From Polaromonas sp. (lineage in GTDB: Bacteria > Pseudomonadota > Gammaproteobacteria > Burkholderiales > Burkholderiaceae_C), in the NCBI RefSeq assembly GCF_030682935.1, contig NZ_JAUXNA010000103.1:5409-69408 (forward strand): a DNA stretch of 64,000 nucleotides. Reading direction: 5' to 3'. Each line of letters starts with the position of its first letter. Positions within the stretch are counted from its first letter, which is position 1. The notes below the pieces were generated by a model that was not told the DNA's origin, ran no database searches, and saw only the letters and a program-made list of their open reading frames with translations. A program made the translations under genes and the position numbers. Below, piece after piece: positions 19,142 through 27,462 of this stretch.

Positions 19142-22100
19142 CCGCAGGTTCCCAGATGGCCGCACTGGGTGCAGTAGTCGCAGCCGTCCTTGCGGATCAC
19201 GGCATGGGCGCCGCATTCGCTGCATTTCTTGCCGGCCATCACGGGCGGCACCAGTGCGGCCGTGGCCTGGGGTTCGGCCACCGGGTGCGCGCCCGCCGCA
19301 GGCTGACTGGCCCGCCGCGTGATGATGTTTTGCACCGCGTAGGCAATCGCCGCCACCTCCGAGTCATGCCACAGCGGCACGCGCGTGCCGTCGGCCTTTT
19401 CATAGGTGCCCAGACGCACGGGGCCACGGTCCCAGGCCACCTTGCGCATGTCGCTGAGCGCACGCTCCAGGAAGCCGCCGCGCGCCGCCAGCGACAGCAT
19501 GCGCATGCTGGAGGTGATCCACTGCTGCGACTCGCCGCTTTGGCCCACGGGCATGAAAAACTCGATGGCGCGCTCCAGCGTACCCACGCCGCTGGCCGCG
19601 GGCACCGGCAAGAACGACACCACGATGTACAGCGTCTTGTGGCCCTCCTGGGTCCAGTAATCGACCTTGTCCGCCACCGCCGACAGCGCGCCCTTGGGGC
19701 GGCTTTCAATCACCGTGCGCATCGGGTCCAGCGGTGCGGGGGCTGCGGCAGGCACGGCCTCGGGGCTGGCAGGCACGTCCAGCACCGAGCCCAAAATGGC
19801 GTTGGGCCGGTAGGTGGCCAAGCCCTTCAGTTGGGCGCGCCAGGCCTGCTGGTACAGGCCCTTGAAGTCGTCATACGGGTAGTCGGCCGGCACGTTCACG
19901 GTCTTGGAAATCGCCGTGTCGACGAAGGGCTGCACCGCCTCCATCATGGCGATGTGGCTGGCCGCCGACATCTCCAGCGCCGACACAAAGTAGTCGGGCA
20001 GTTTGTCCACATCGCCGCCCAGTTCGCGGTACAGGCGCCAGGCGTGGTCTTCCACCGCGTAGTCGGTGGTACTGCCGTCGGATTCGCGTTTTTTGCGCCG
20101 GTACATCCACGAAAACGCCGGCTCAATGCCGTTGGAGGCGTTGTCGGCAAAGGCCAGGCTCACGGTGCCCGTGGGCGCAATCGACAGCAAATGGCTGTTG
20201 CGAATGCCGTGCGCGCGTATCGCCTGCTGCAACTCGGCCGGCAAGCGGCTGGCAAAGGTGCCTGGGGCCAGGTAGCCCTCGGCTTCAAACTTGGGAAAAG
20301 CCCCCTTTTCCCGGGCCAGCGCGACCGAAGCGGCATAGGCCGCATCGCGCATGCGCACGGCGATGCGCGCAGCCATGTCGCGGCCTTCGGGCGCGTCATA
20401 GCGCAGGCAGAGCATCGTCAGCGCATTGCCCATGCCGGTGAACCCAACGCCGATGCGGCGCTTGGCGGCGGATTCCGCGCGCTGCTGCGGCAGCGGCCAG
20501 AAGGTCACCTCCAGCACGTTGTCGAGCGCGCGCACCTGGGTCGCCACCGACTTTTCAAATGCATCGAAGTCAAAGTGCGCGTCGCCGTCAAAGCCGAACG
20601 GATGCCGCACAAAGTGCGTGAGGATGATGGGCCCGAGGTCGCAGCAGCCATAGGGGGGCAGCGGCTGTTCGCCGCAGTTGTGGGCCACCAGGCCATTGGC
20701 GTCAAAGGCGTGGACATCGGCCACGGTGACGTCAAACACGTCTTCACTGCCGTCCTCGGTCAGCGATTCCACGGTAGCGATGAAGCGCTCCTGGTTCAGG
20801 CTGCGGCGGTAGCTGCCCAGCGCCTGCTCCAGTCGCTTTGATTTTTCAGTGTCGGCAAAGCCGATACGGTCGGCATAGACGCGCAGGTTGTCGCCGCTGA
20901 TGACCAGTTCATGCTGCGCTTGCGTGTCATAGAGCTTGAGGCCACCGCGCCCGTCGGGCAGGTTTCGCGCTTGCGCCAATCGGCGGTTCTGGTAGAGCGT
21001 TGAAGCGATGCCCAGGCGCAGCAGCATGCGCTGCGCCGTCTGCAGCAGGGACAGCTCGCTTTGCGACAGCCGCACGCTGACGCCTTTGTCCTGTGCGCCC
21101 TGAACCGAACCGTCGGCATCAAACAACCCGCGCAGCAGCCCCACCGCGAACGCGGAAGACGTCTTTTCCATCGCTGGCGTGATGGTTTTGTGGCCCGGCC
21201 GCATGCCGAACCCGTGGGCCAGGTGGCGCACCGCCGCGGATGCCATGCGGACCTCCCCCCGACCCGCGACGGGCCGCTGAAAGCCCCGGAAATCCGCCCG
21301 GTGCGTGAGCGTGCAGGCGGCAGCCTCTGCCGCCGCCACGATACCGGCCGCCCCGGTGCAGGCATGGACCGGCGCGCCATTGGCAACTTGTTTCAGCTCG
21401 CTCGCCCAGACTGAAATCACCGCCTTGTCGCTCTTGAGCGTGCCATCGCCGACCAGCAGCCCAAGCAGGTAGCCTTGTGCCTGGGTGCCGACGCCGTCCC
21501 AGCCGCCCAGCGCGCGGTGGTCATGCAGCAGCAGTTCGTCGCCCGGCTGCAGTTGCCCGGCTTCCACCCATTCGGCTTGCAGCGTGTAGCGGGTCTTGTG
21601 CGCCACACGGCGCACCCGGTGCTCTGCCGTCAGGCGCAAGGACGGTCCTTCGCGCATTTTCAGGGCCAGCACGGGTTTGTGGCCGGTGCTGAAAAATCCC
21701 TGACTCTCCACGCTGTAGGCCTTGCCATCCACCACGGCGCTGAAGGGCCGCCCCACCAGATCCGCCACCTGGGCCGGGCCCTCGGTGGTCATGACCCAGG
21801 TATCGGCGGTGACGCAAGGGTTGGTCGCCTCAATCGACTCGCAGTAACGCAGGTTGTTGTCCTGGTTCATGTGGTCCAGAAACAAAATGCCGGGCTCGGC
21901 GAAATCGTAGGTCGAGCGCATCACGGTGTCCCACAATTCGCGCGCGGCCACGGTCTGGTACACCCACAGGCCGTCCGCACGCTGGAACGCGCCCTGCGCG
22001 AGCAGCGCTGCGCCGGGTTTGGCCTTATGCACCAGTTCCCAGGGCTGGTCGTCGGCGAGCGCCTGCATGAAGGCGTCCAGCATGCCCACCGACACGTTGA

Positions 22101-22707
22101 AATTGTTCCAGCGACCCGGGGTGCGCTTGGCGGTGATGAACTCCTGCACATCGGGGTGGTCGATGCGCAGCACGCCCATTTGCGCGCCGCGCCGCGCACC
22201 CGCGCTCTCCACCGTGGCGCACGACTGGTCAAACACGTTGATGTAGCTGCACGGGCCGGACGCCATGGACGCCGTGGCCTTGACCTCGGCGCCGCGTGGC
22301 CGGATGCGTGAAAAGTCGTAGCCGACGCCGCCGCCGCGCCGCATGGTTTCAGCGGCTTCGCGCAGGGCCTCGTAAATGCCGGGGTAGCCCTCGTCGTCCA
22401 CGCCCTGGATACAGTCGCCCACCGGCTGCACAAAGCAGTTGATCAGCGTGGCCTGTATGGACGTGCCCGCCGCGCTCATGATGCGGCCCGCGCCAATCGC
22501 GCCGGCGTGCAGGTTTTCCAGGAACAGCGCTTCGTGCTTCGCCCGTTCGGCTTCGGGCTCGACCGAGGCCAGGGCCCGCGCCACGCGCCGGTAAATGTCC
22601 TCGATCCCGCTTTCGCCGGGTTTGAGGTATTTTTCCTTCAGCACGTCGTGGCTGATGGGCTGGGTGGCTGTCACGTCCTGTGGCCTGCCAAAATGTTCGC
22701 GCTTCAT
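19138..22707 (-). CDS. nrdJ: Class II (adenosylcobalamin-dependent) ribonucleotide reductase, intein-containing, with C-terminal TSCPD-like and zinc-ribbon region
   Basis: INCFV, GGGVGYDFS, RRGAQMG, ATNP|CGEQPL, RRIGVG, IAPTGT, AISKTVN, LKGLATYR, terminal CSEC...CTQCG; start 22707 or 22713. Confidence 0.93.
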   Translation of the reverse strand: MKREHFGRPQDVTATQPISHDVLKEKYLKPGESGIEDIYRRVARALASVEPEAERAKHEALFLENLHAGAIGAGRIMSAAGTSIQATLINCFVQPVGDCIQGVDDEGYPGIYEALREAAETMRRGGGVGYDFSRIRPRGAEVKATASMASGPCSYINVFDQSCATVESAGARRGAQMGVLRIDHPDVQEFITAKRTPGRWNNFNVSVGMLDAFMQALADDQPWELVHKAKPGAALLAQGAFQRADGLWVYQTVAARELWDTVMRSTYDFAEPGILFLDHMNQDNNLRYCESIEATNPCVTADTWVMTTEGPAQVADLVGRPFSAVVDGKAYSVESQGFFSTGHKPVLALKMREGPSLRLTAEHRVRRVAHKTRYTLQAEWVEAGQLQPGDELLLHDHRALGGWDGVGTQAQGYLLGLLVGDGTLKSDKAVISVWASELKQVANGAPVHACTGAAGIVAAAEAAACTLTHRADFRGFQRPVAGRGEVRMASAAVRHLAHGFGMRPGHKTITPAMEKTSSAFAVGLLRGLFDADGSVQGAQDKGVSVRLSQSELSLLQTAQRMLLRLGIASTLYQNRRLAQARNLPDGRGGLKLYDTQAQHELVISGDNLRVYADRIGFADTEKSKRLEQALGSYRRSLNQERFIATVESLTEDGSEDVFDVTVADVHAFDANGLVAHNCGEQPLPPYGCCDLGPIILTHFVRHPFGFDGDAHFDFDAFEKSVATQVRALDNVLEVTFWPLPQQRAESAAKRRIGVGFTGMGNALTMLCLRYDAPEGRDMAARIAVRMRDAAYAASVALAREKGAFPKFEAEGYLAPGTFASRLPAELQQAIRAHGIRNSHLLSIAPTGTVSLAFADNASNGIEPAFSWMYRRKKRESDGSTTDYAVEDHAWRLYRELGGDVDKLPDYFVSALEMSAASHIAMMEAVQPFVDTAISKTVNVPADYPYDDFKGLYQQAWRAQLKGLATYRPNAILGSVLDVPASPEAVPAAAPAPLDPMRTVIESRPKGALSAVADKVDYWTQEGHKTLYIVVSFLPVPAASGVGTLERAIEFFMPVGQSGESQQWITSSMRMLSLAARGGFLERALSDMRKVAWDRGPVRLGTYEKADGTRVPLWHDSEVAAIAYAVQNIITRRASQPAAGAHPVAEPQATAALVPPVMAGKKCSECGAHAVIRKDGCDYCTQCGHLGTCG
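20677..21816 (-). mobile_element. Intein (380 aa) with LAGLIDADG homing endonuclease
   Basis: Begins CVTADTWV after ATNP; block B LRLTAEHRV; endonuclease motifs YLLGLLVGDG and LLRGLFDADG; blocks F/G VFDVTV...FDANGLVAHN, followed by Cys+1. Confidence 0.95.
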
Positions 22708-22718
22708 GTCCATTTTCC

Positions 22719-23972
22719 TCAGGAAGGCACCGCCGGACGAATACCGCCCAGCAGCCATTGCATCAGTTCTTGCACCGAACGGATCTGGTCGCCAAACGGC
22801 AGGCGGCCTGCGCCCCGAAAGTAAAGGCCTTTGCTGGTTTCGCCCGAAAAGGCATGCCCCAGCTGCTGGTCGATGCAAAACTGGCCCATTGTGGCATCGC
22901 CATCGCGCAGGCCGCAGCGCGCCAGGCAGTCGAAGGACATGTTGCACTTGGCCTTGACGTGCGCCACCGCCTTGAGTTTGGGTTCCAGGCGGAGGTATTT
23001 TTCAAGCCAGGGGGTGCGCACCGCGCGCGCGGGCAGGCCTGCCACGCTCACGAACTCCACCAGATCTTCGGGTTTCGCTTCGGCCAGCACCCGCTTGAAG
23101 GCGGGGTCGGCATCGCACTCCTGGGTGACAGCAAAGGCCGTGCCCAGCTGCACCGCCGAGGCGCCCAGGGCCTGCAGGCGCAGGATGTCGTCCCGGCAGT
23201 TGATGCCGCCCGCGGCAATCAGCGGAATCTCGCGCTCTATGCCCGCCGTCTTGAAGAATTCCAGCACCTGCGGGATCACGACCTCGAAGTCAAAACGCGG
23301 GTCCTGCAGATCGGCCACCTTGGCGGCGCCCAGGTGGCCACCGGCCAGCCGCGGGTGCTCGATCACGATGGCGTCGGGCAAGCGGCCTTTTCTCTCCCAC
23401 TTTTTAACCAGCAGCTGCACGCCGCGTGCGTCGGACAAAATGGGAATCAGCGCCGTGCGGGGGTAGTCGCGCGCCAGATCAGGCAGATCGAGCGGCAAAC
23501 CGGCACCCACCACCAGCGCATCGGCACCGCTGGCCAGCGCCTGGCGCACATAAGCTTCGTAGGCGCTGAGCGCCTTCATCACGTTCACGGCAATCAGGCC
23601 GCGTCCCTGGGAGATTTCGCGGGCCCGGCGGATTTCGCGGTCCAGCGCTTCGAGGTTGGCCGCGTCGATCAGCTGGCGCGCGTCAGGCTCTTTGTCCAGG
23701 TGGCCGGTGATGGCCATCAGGTCCGGATACAGCCGCCGCAAATCGATGCAGGAAATGGTGCCCACGCCGCCCAGCCGTGCCACGGCACCGGCCAGCCCGC
23801 CGGCAGACACGCCCACGCCCATGCCGCCCTGCACCACCGGCAGCAACTCTTTGCCGGCCAGGCGCAAGGGCCTGAGGCCGGCGTCACGCGCCATCTCCTG
23901 CAGGGCGGCGGCGGTTGCCGCCTCGTCAACATGGGCCGTTACGGCCGGGTCAGTCGGAAATAATTTATCCAT
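22719..23972 (-). CDS. Nitronate monooxygenase family flavin oxidoreductase
   Basis: PVVQGGMGVGVS, VVGAGLP, AGGHLG, IAAGGI, VQLGTAF, PARAV, C-terminal Cys cluster; RBS ggag. Confidence 0.87.
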   Translation of the reverse strand: MDKLFPTDPAVTAHVDEAATAAALQEMARDAGLRPLRLAGKELLPVVQGGMGVGVSAGGLAGAVARLGGVGTISCIDLRRLYPDLMAITGHLDKEPDARQLIDAANLEALDREIRRAREISQGRGLIAVNVMKALSAYEAYVRQALASGADALVVGAGLPLDLPDLARDYPRTALIPILSDARGVQLLVKKWERKGRLPDAIVIEHPRLAGGHLGAAKVADLQDPRFDFEVVIPQVLEFFKTAGIEREIPLIAAGGINCRDDILRLQALGASAVQLGTAFAVTQECDADPAFKRVLAEAKPEDLVEFVSVAGLPARAVRTPWLEKYLRLEPKLKAVAHVKAKCNMSFDCLARCGLRDGDATMGQFCIDQQLGHAFSGETSKGLYFRGAGRLPFGDQIRSVQELMQWLLGGIRPAVPS

Positions 23973-24042
23973 CGTGCTCCACATAAGGTTGGTAGGGTCC
24001 AGTGCCACTGTTGGAGGCTAACAAAGCTGGCACAAAATTGCC

Positions 24043-24056
24043 TTGCCGTACATCAA
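24043..24056. promoter_or_regulatory. FNR/DNR-type box
   Basis: TTGCC-GTAC-ATCAA (TTGAT-N4-GGCAA on the minus strand), about 70 bp upstream of the operon. Confidence 0.7.
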
Positions 24057-24193
24057 AGATATGGATTTCACCCGCCTCAATGACATAATGTCAGCCGTGC
24101 AAAGTGAGCGGTCCTTCCTCACTCTTGCGCCTGACCATCGGATAGCCCGTCGGTGTTTGATCCGCAGAACCTTCGCGCGCCGCAGGTCCGTCG

Positions 24194-24390
24194 GAACTTG
24201 TCGCTTCGGTTGACATCGGCATCGACCATGTACACGACCAGCCCCTGGTTGTCAGCGTATTTCGTTTCAACCATGTCGAGGATGCTCCGAGCCACGGATT
24301 CGTTGCACAGCATCTTGATGCGCACGTTGGAGGACAGCAGCCAGCGCGCATCGCGGCGGTATGGCCCTTGGCACCTGCCGCCAGCAACTC
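24194..24390 (-). pseudogene. Remnant of an SbtB-like PII-family protein
   Basis: RW..SSNVRIKMLC....A.SILD....KY.....LVVYM.DADV.RSDKF matches the C-terminal half of this family; no proper N-terminus or stop. Confidence 0.55.
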
Positions 24391-24530
24391 CGGCAGGACG
24401 ATGTTCAGGGCTGAGACATGCGAAGGTCATTGGCCTGAACAAGCTTGATACGGGCAACAAACGCCAGAAAGTACTCTCCACGGACCCTTGGTAGTCTACC
24501 ATTTCACCCGTTTTTGAAAAAACCCCGACT

Positions 24531-24866
24531 ATGCGTACTTGTACAGTTTTGATGATTTGTTGCAGGAGGCACGACAACAAGCCGAACCGCAACGTCTGCT
24601 ATTTGTATTGCCAGTGCTGAGTTGGCATGCTGACAAGTTACCCGCGGAGCTGAACTCGTTTTTCGCGCCCGAAGGAGAATCGCAGGCATTTGGCAATGAC
24701 TGGGCCATCGTCTTCCCCGTTGCACTGCCTGATAGTGGCGGCAAGGCCGCCCACCAGTGATACCGCCGAGAAATCCATGCAACAGTTGGTGGACGCCATC
24801 AAGGCGGGCTGTCTCAGTTCATTCATCCCCTTCAACCGGCAGGACAAGGCGGTTCTCCTGGTATGA
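24531..24866 (+). pseudogene. Decayed paralog of the 16748-17152 hypothetical gene
   Basis: SFDDLLQEARQQAEPQRLLFV, internal deletion, DKLPAEL.SF...FGNDW.IVF, frameshift, then PTSDTAEKSMQQLVDAIK.G....FIPFNRQ..AV. Confidence 0.85.
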
Positions 24867-24905
24867 GTGAATCAGGCAGGAGCATCAACCGGAACCCTTG
24901 ATCAT

Positions 24906-25138
24906 TCAGGTTTGTTGCTGGCTACCGCAGGCGTCGTTGGAGCAGCAGCTTCCAGTTGACACCACGGCCGATGCGGCGGCTTTGCCAATCTCGACACGCC
25001 ACAGCGCCGACCCGGACTCCGGATGATTTCAGGTGAACGGACCGTTGGCCGGCGACTGAAACTGGAAGTAGCGTGGGCGCGGCGATTGCCCCACTTCCGG
25101 CGCGTTGAAGCGGCTGAAAATCAGGGGGGCGTTCACGC
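24906..25138 (-). pseudogene. DUF2249-family remnant
   Basis: RER / PLIFSRFNA.EVGQS / PRP.YFQFQ...GPFT*(W)N..ESG..LWRVEIGK...GSCCSNDACG; frameshift, deletion and in-frame TGA at 25029-25031. Confidence 0.7.
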
Positions 25139-25139
25139 A

Positions 25140-26477
25140 TCAAGGCGTTGACTTCAATGGCAGGACCGGCCGGCCCTTGGCACGCGCGTCGGCAATTTCA
25201 GCCGCCACCAGCGTGGCATCACGCGAGCCGGGCTCCAGCGCCGTGAGCGCTTTTTCCCAATGGGTCACGGCTTGGACATAGTCGGCGCGCCGGTAGGCGG
25301 CAGAACCGGCCATCATCAGGGCCATGGGATGTTTGGGGTTCAAGGTCAGGGCCTTGTTCACCAGTTCCAGCGGGCGACCTTCGAGCTTGTCGCCCGCACG
25401 CATGGCCAGCAGGTCGGCGTACTGGGTCAGCAAGTCAGGGTCACCCTCCAGCAGTTTGCCAGCCTTGACATAGGCTTGTTCCGCCTCGGCCAAGCGGCCC
25501 TGTACCTTGTAGGCCCGCGCCAGCCGGGCCCAGCCCGCCAAGTCACCCGGATTCGCCTTGAGACGCGCCGCCAGGCCCTCGACCATCTGGCTGATTTTTT
25601 CCGGGGTCATGGCGCCCGCTGCGGCTGCGTTGACTGGCGGCAGCTTGCCCGCCCTCGCCCGGGCATCCGCAATGTCAGCCTGAACCTGCTGGGCATCCGG
25701 TGAACCGGGCTCCAGCACCGCGAGCAGTTTCTCCCACTGCGCCACCGCGCCCGCAAAGTCTTCCCGGCGATAGGCCGCTACGCCGGACATCATCAGCCCC
25801 ATCGGGTGCTGCGGGTCCAGCGCCAGCGCCTTGTTGATCAGCACCATCGGCTTGCCTTCCATGTTGTTGTCGGCACGCGCCGCCAGCAAGTCGGCGTATT
25901 CCATGAGCAAGTCCGGGTCGGTGTTGACCAGGTCACCCGCTTTCAAAAAGGCCTGCTCGGCTTCGTCGAAGCGCTCCATCACTTTGTAGGAGCGCGCCAG
26001 CATGGCCCAGCCCCTGGGGTTGTCGGGGTTGGCCTGCAAACGCGCGGCCAGGGTGTCGACCATCTGCGTGATCTGCTCGTTGCTGGATTTTTGCGCGGCG
26101 ACCGGGTCCATGGCCGCAGGGTTGCCCAGCCATCCGTACATGCCGGCGGATGCCAGCGGAAACAGCACAGCCATCACACCGGCCGTGCGCCGACCGTTCC
26201 AGAAGGTCGCGCGGCTGGCCTGCGGGGCCAGCTTGGGCGCTTCGGTGTCGTCCAGCAGGCGCAACTGCAATTCATCCCGTGTGGCTTCATGGTCCGCAGG
26301 ACTGATGACGCCGCGTGCCAGGTCACGCTCAAGGGCCTGCAGCTGGTCGCGGTAGATGGCGGCATTCAGGCGCTGGCTGGACACACCAGCCTGTGGCGCG
26401 GGCCGCAGCAGCGGGCGCACTACCCAGGCCAGCACCAGCAGCGTCAACAACGCTGCGATTGCAATAAAAACGATCAT
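25140..26477 (-). CDS. ccmI: Cytochrome c biogenesis protein CcmI/CycH with duplicated TPR module
   Basis: N-terminal TM, IYRDQL..LERDL..G, ELQLRLL, second TM, two TPR blocks; last gene of the ccm operon. Confidence 0.88.
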   Translation of the reverse strand: MIVFIAIAALLTLLVLAWVVRPLLRPAPQAGVSSQRLNAAIYRDQLQALERDLARGVISPADHEATRDELQLRLLDDTEAPKLAPQASRATFWNGRRTAGVMAVLFPLASAGMYGWLGNPAAMDPVAAQKSSNEQITQMVDTLAARLQANPDNPRGWAMLARSYKVMERFDEAEQAFLKAGDLVNTDPDLLMEYADLLAARADNNMEGKPMVLINKALALDPQHPMGLMMSGVAAYRREDFAGAVAQWEKLLAVLEPGSPDAQQVQADIADARARAGKLPPVNAAAAGAMTPEKISQMVEGLAARLKANPGDLAGWARLARAYKVQGRLAEAEQAYVKAGKLLEGDPDLLTQYADLLAMRAGDKLEGRPLELVNKALTLNPKHPMALMMAGSAAYRRADYVQAVTHWEKALTALEPGSRDATLVAAEIADARAKGRPVLPLKSTP

Positions 26478-26941
26478 GAGGGGAGTTCCGGATCTTTGAG
26501 CAGCGACTGCGCTCTTGCGCGCTGGGCCGCATCGAGCGCTCTCGGCGCGCCGCCACGCTGGCTGCCGCGCACCATGCGCACCAGCACCACGATGGCACCG
26601 ATCAGCAACAGAAAGGGGCCAAACCAGAGCAGCCAGGTCGTGGGGTTGACGGGCGGGCGGTAGCGCACGAAGTCGCCATAGCGGCTGACCATGAAGTCCA
26701 TGATTTCCTGATCCGTCTTGCCGGCTTTGATGAGCGTGCGAATTTCACGCCGCAAATCCAGCGCCAGATCGGCGCGCGAGCCGGCCAGCGACTCATTCTG
26801 GCAGACTAGGCAGCGCAGCTCTTCTGAAATGGTGATCAGCCGTTGCTCGACCACCGGGTCTTCGGCCAGCGGCGGGGCTTCGCCCGCATGGGCCGTGCCA
26901 GCCATTTGCAGCACCAGAAAAAGGGCCAGCCAGTACTTCAT
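26474..26941 (-). CDS. ccmH: Cytochrome c biogenesis protein CcmH
   Basis: LRCLVCQNES, RYGDFVRYRPP. Confidence 0.93.
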   Translation of the reverse strand: MKYWLALFLVLQMAGTAHAGEAPPLAEDPVVEQRLITISEELRCLVCQNESLAGSRADLALDLRREIRTLIKAGKTDQEIMDFMVSRYGDFVRYRPPVNPTTWLLWFGPFLLLIGAIVVLVRMVRGSQRGGAPRALDAAQRARAQSLLKDPELPS

Positions 26942-27462
26942 TTTTGCAACTCCCGTATCAGGGGCAGGATTTTTTCTTTCAGGGCTTCCTCGGTCACCTG
27001 GCCGATCTGCTTATAGCGAATCACGCCGGCCTTGTCGATCACAAAGGTCTCCGGCACGCCATAGACACCGTAGTCGATGCCGATGCGTCCGTCCCCGTCG
27101 GTCACCGAGACGTCGTAAGGGTCGCCAAAGCGGGCCAGCCATTTCAAGCCTTCGGCATCCTTGTCCTTGTAGTTGAGCCCGATCATGGGCAGGGCCCTGG
27201 TTTTGGCAAGCTCCATCAGCAGCGGATGCTCCAGCCGGCAGGCCGCGCACCAGGACGCCCAGACATTGAGCAGCCAGACCTTGCCCAGCATGTCTTTGGC
27301 TGAGAAATGCTGGTCGGGCGCATGCAGGCGCGGCGCGGTAAACGCCGGCGCGGCCTTGCCAACCAGGGGTGACGGCACCGCTCGTGGATCGCGTGTCAGG
27401 CCGATGGCCAGAAACACCACCAGCACGATAAAAATGCCCAGCGGAATCAGCGCCCTCTTCAT
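26938..27462 (-). CDS. ccmG: Thiol:disulfide interchange protein CcmG/DsbE
   Basis: NVWASWCAAC, GVYGVPETF. Confidence 0.93.
   Translation of the reverse strand: MKRALIPLGIFIVLVVFLAIGLTRDPRAVPSPLVGKAAPAFTAPRLHAPDQHFSAKDMLGKVWLLNVWASWCAACRLEHPLLMELAKTRALPMIGLNYKDKDAEGLKWLARFGDPYDVSVTDGDGRIGIDYGVYGVPETFVIDKAGVIRYKQIGQVTEEALKEKILPLIRELQK

Noticed and set aside
24028-24041. Sigma-54-like TGGCACAAAATTGC beside the FNR box
   Set aside because: Spacing is one base short and it points away from the operon.
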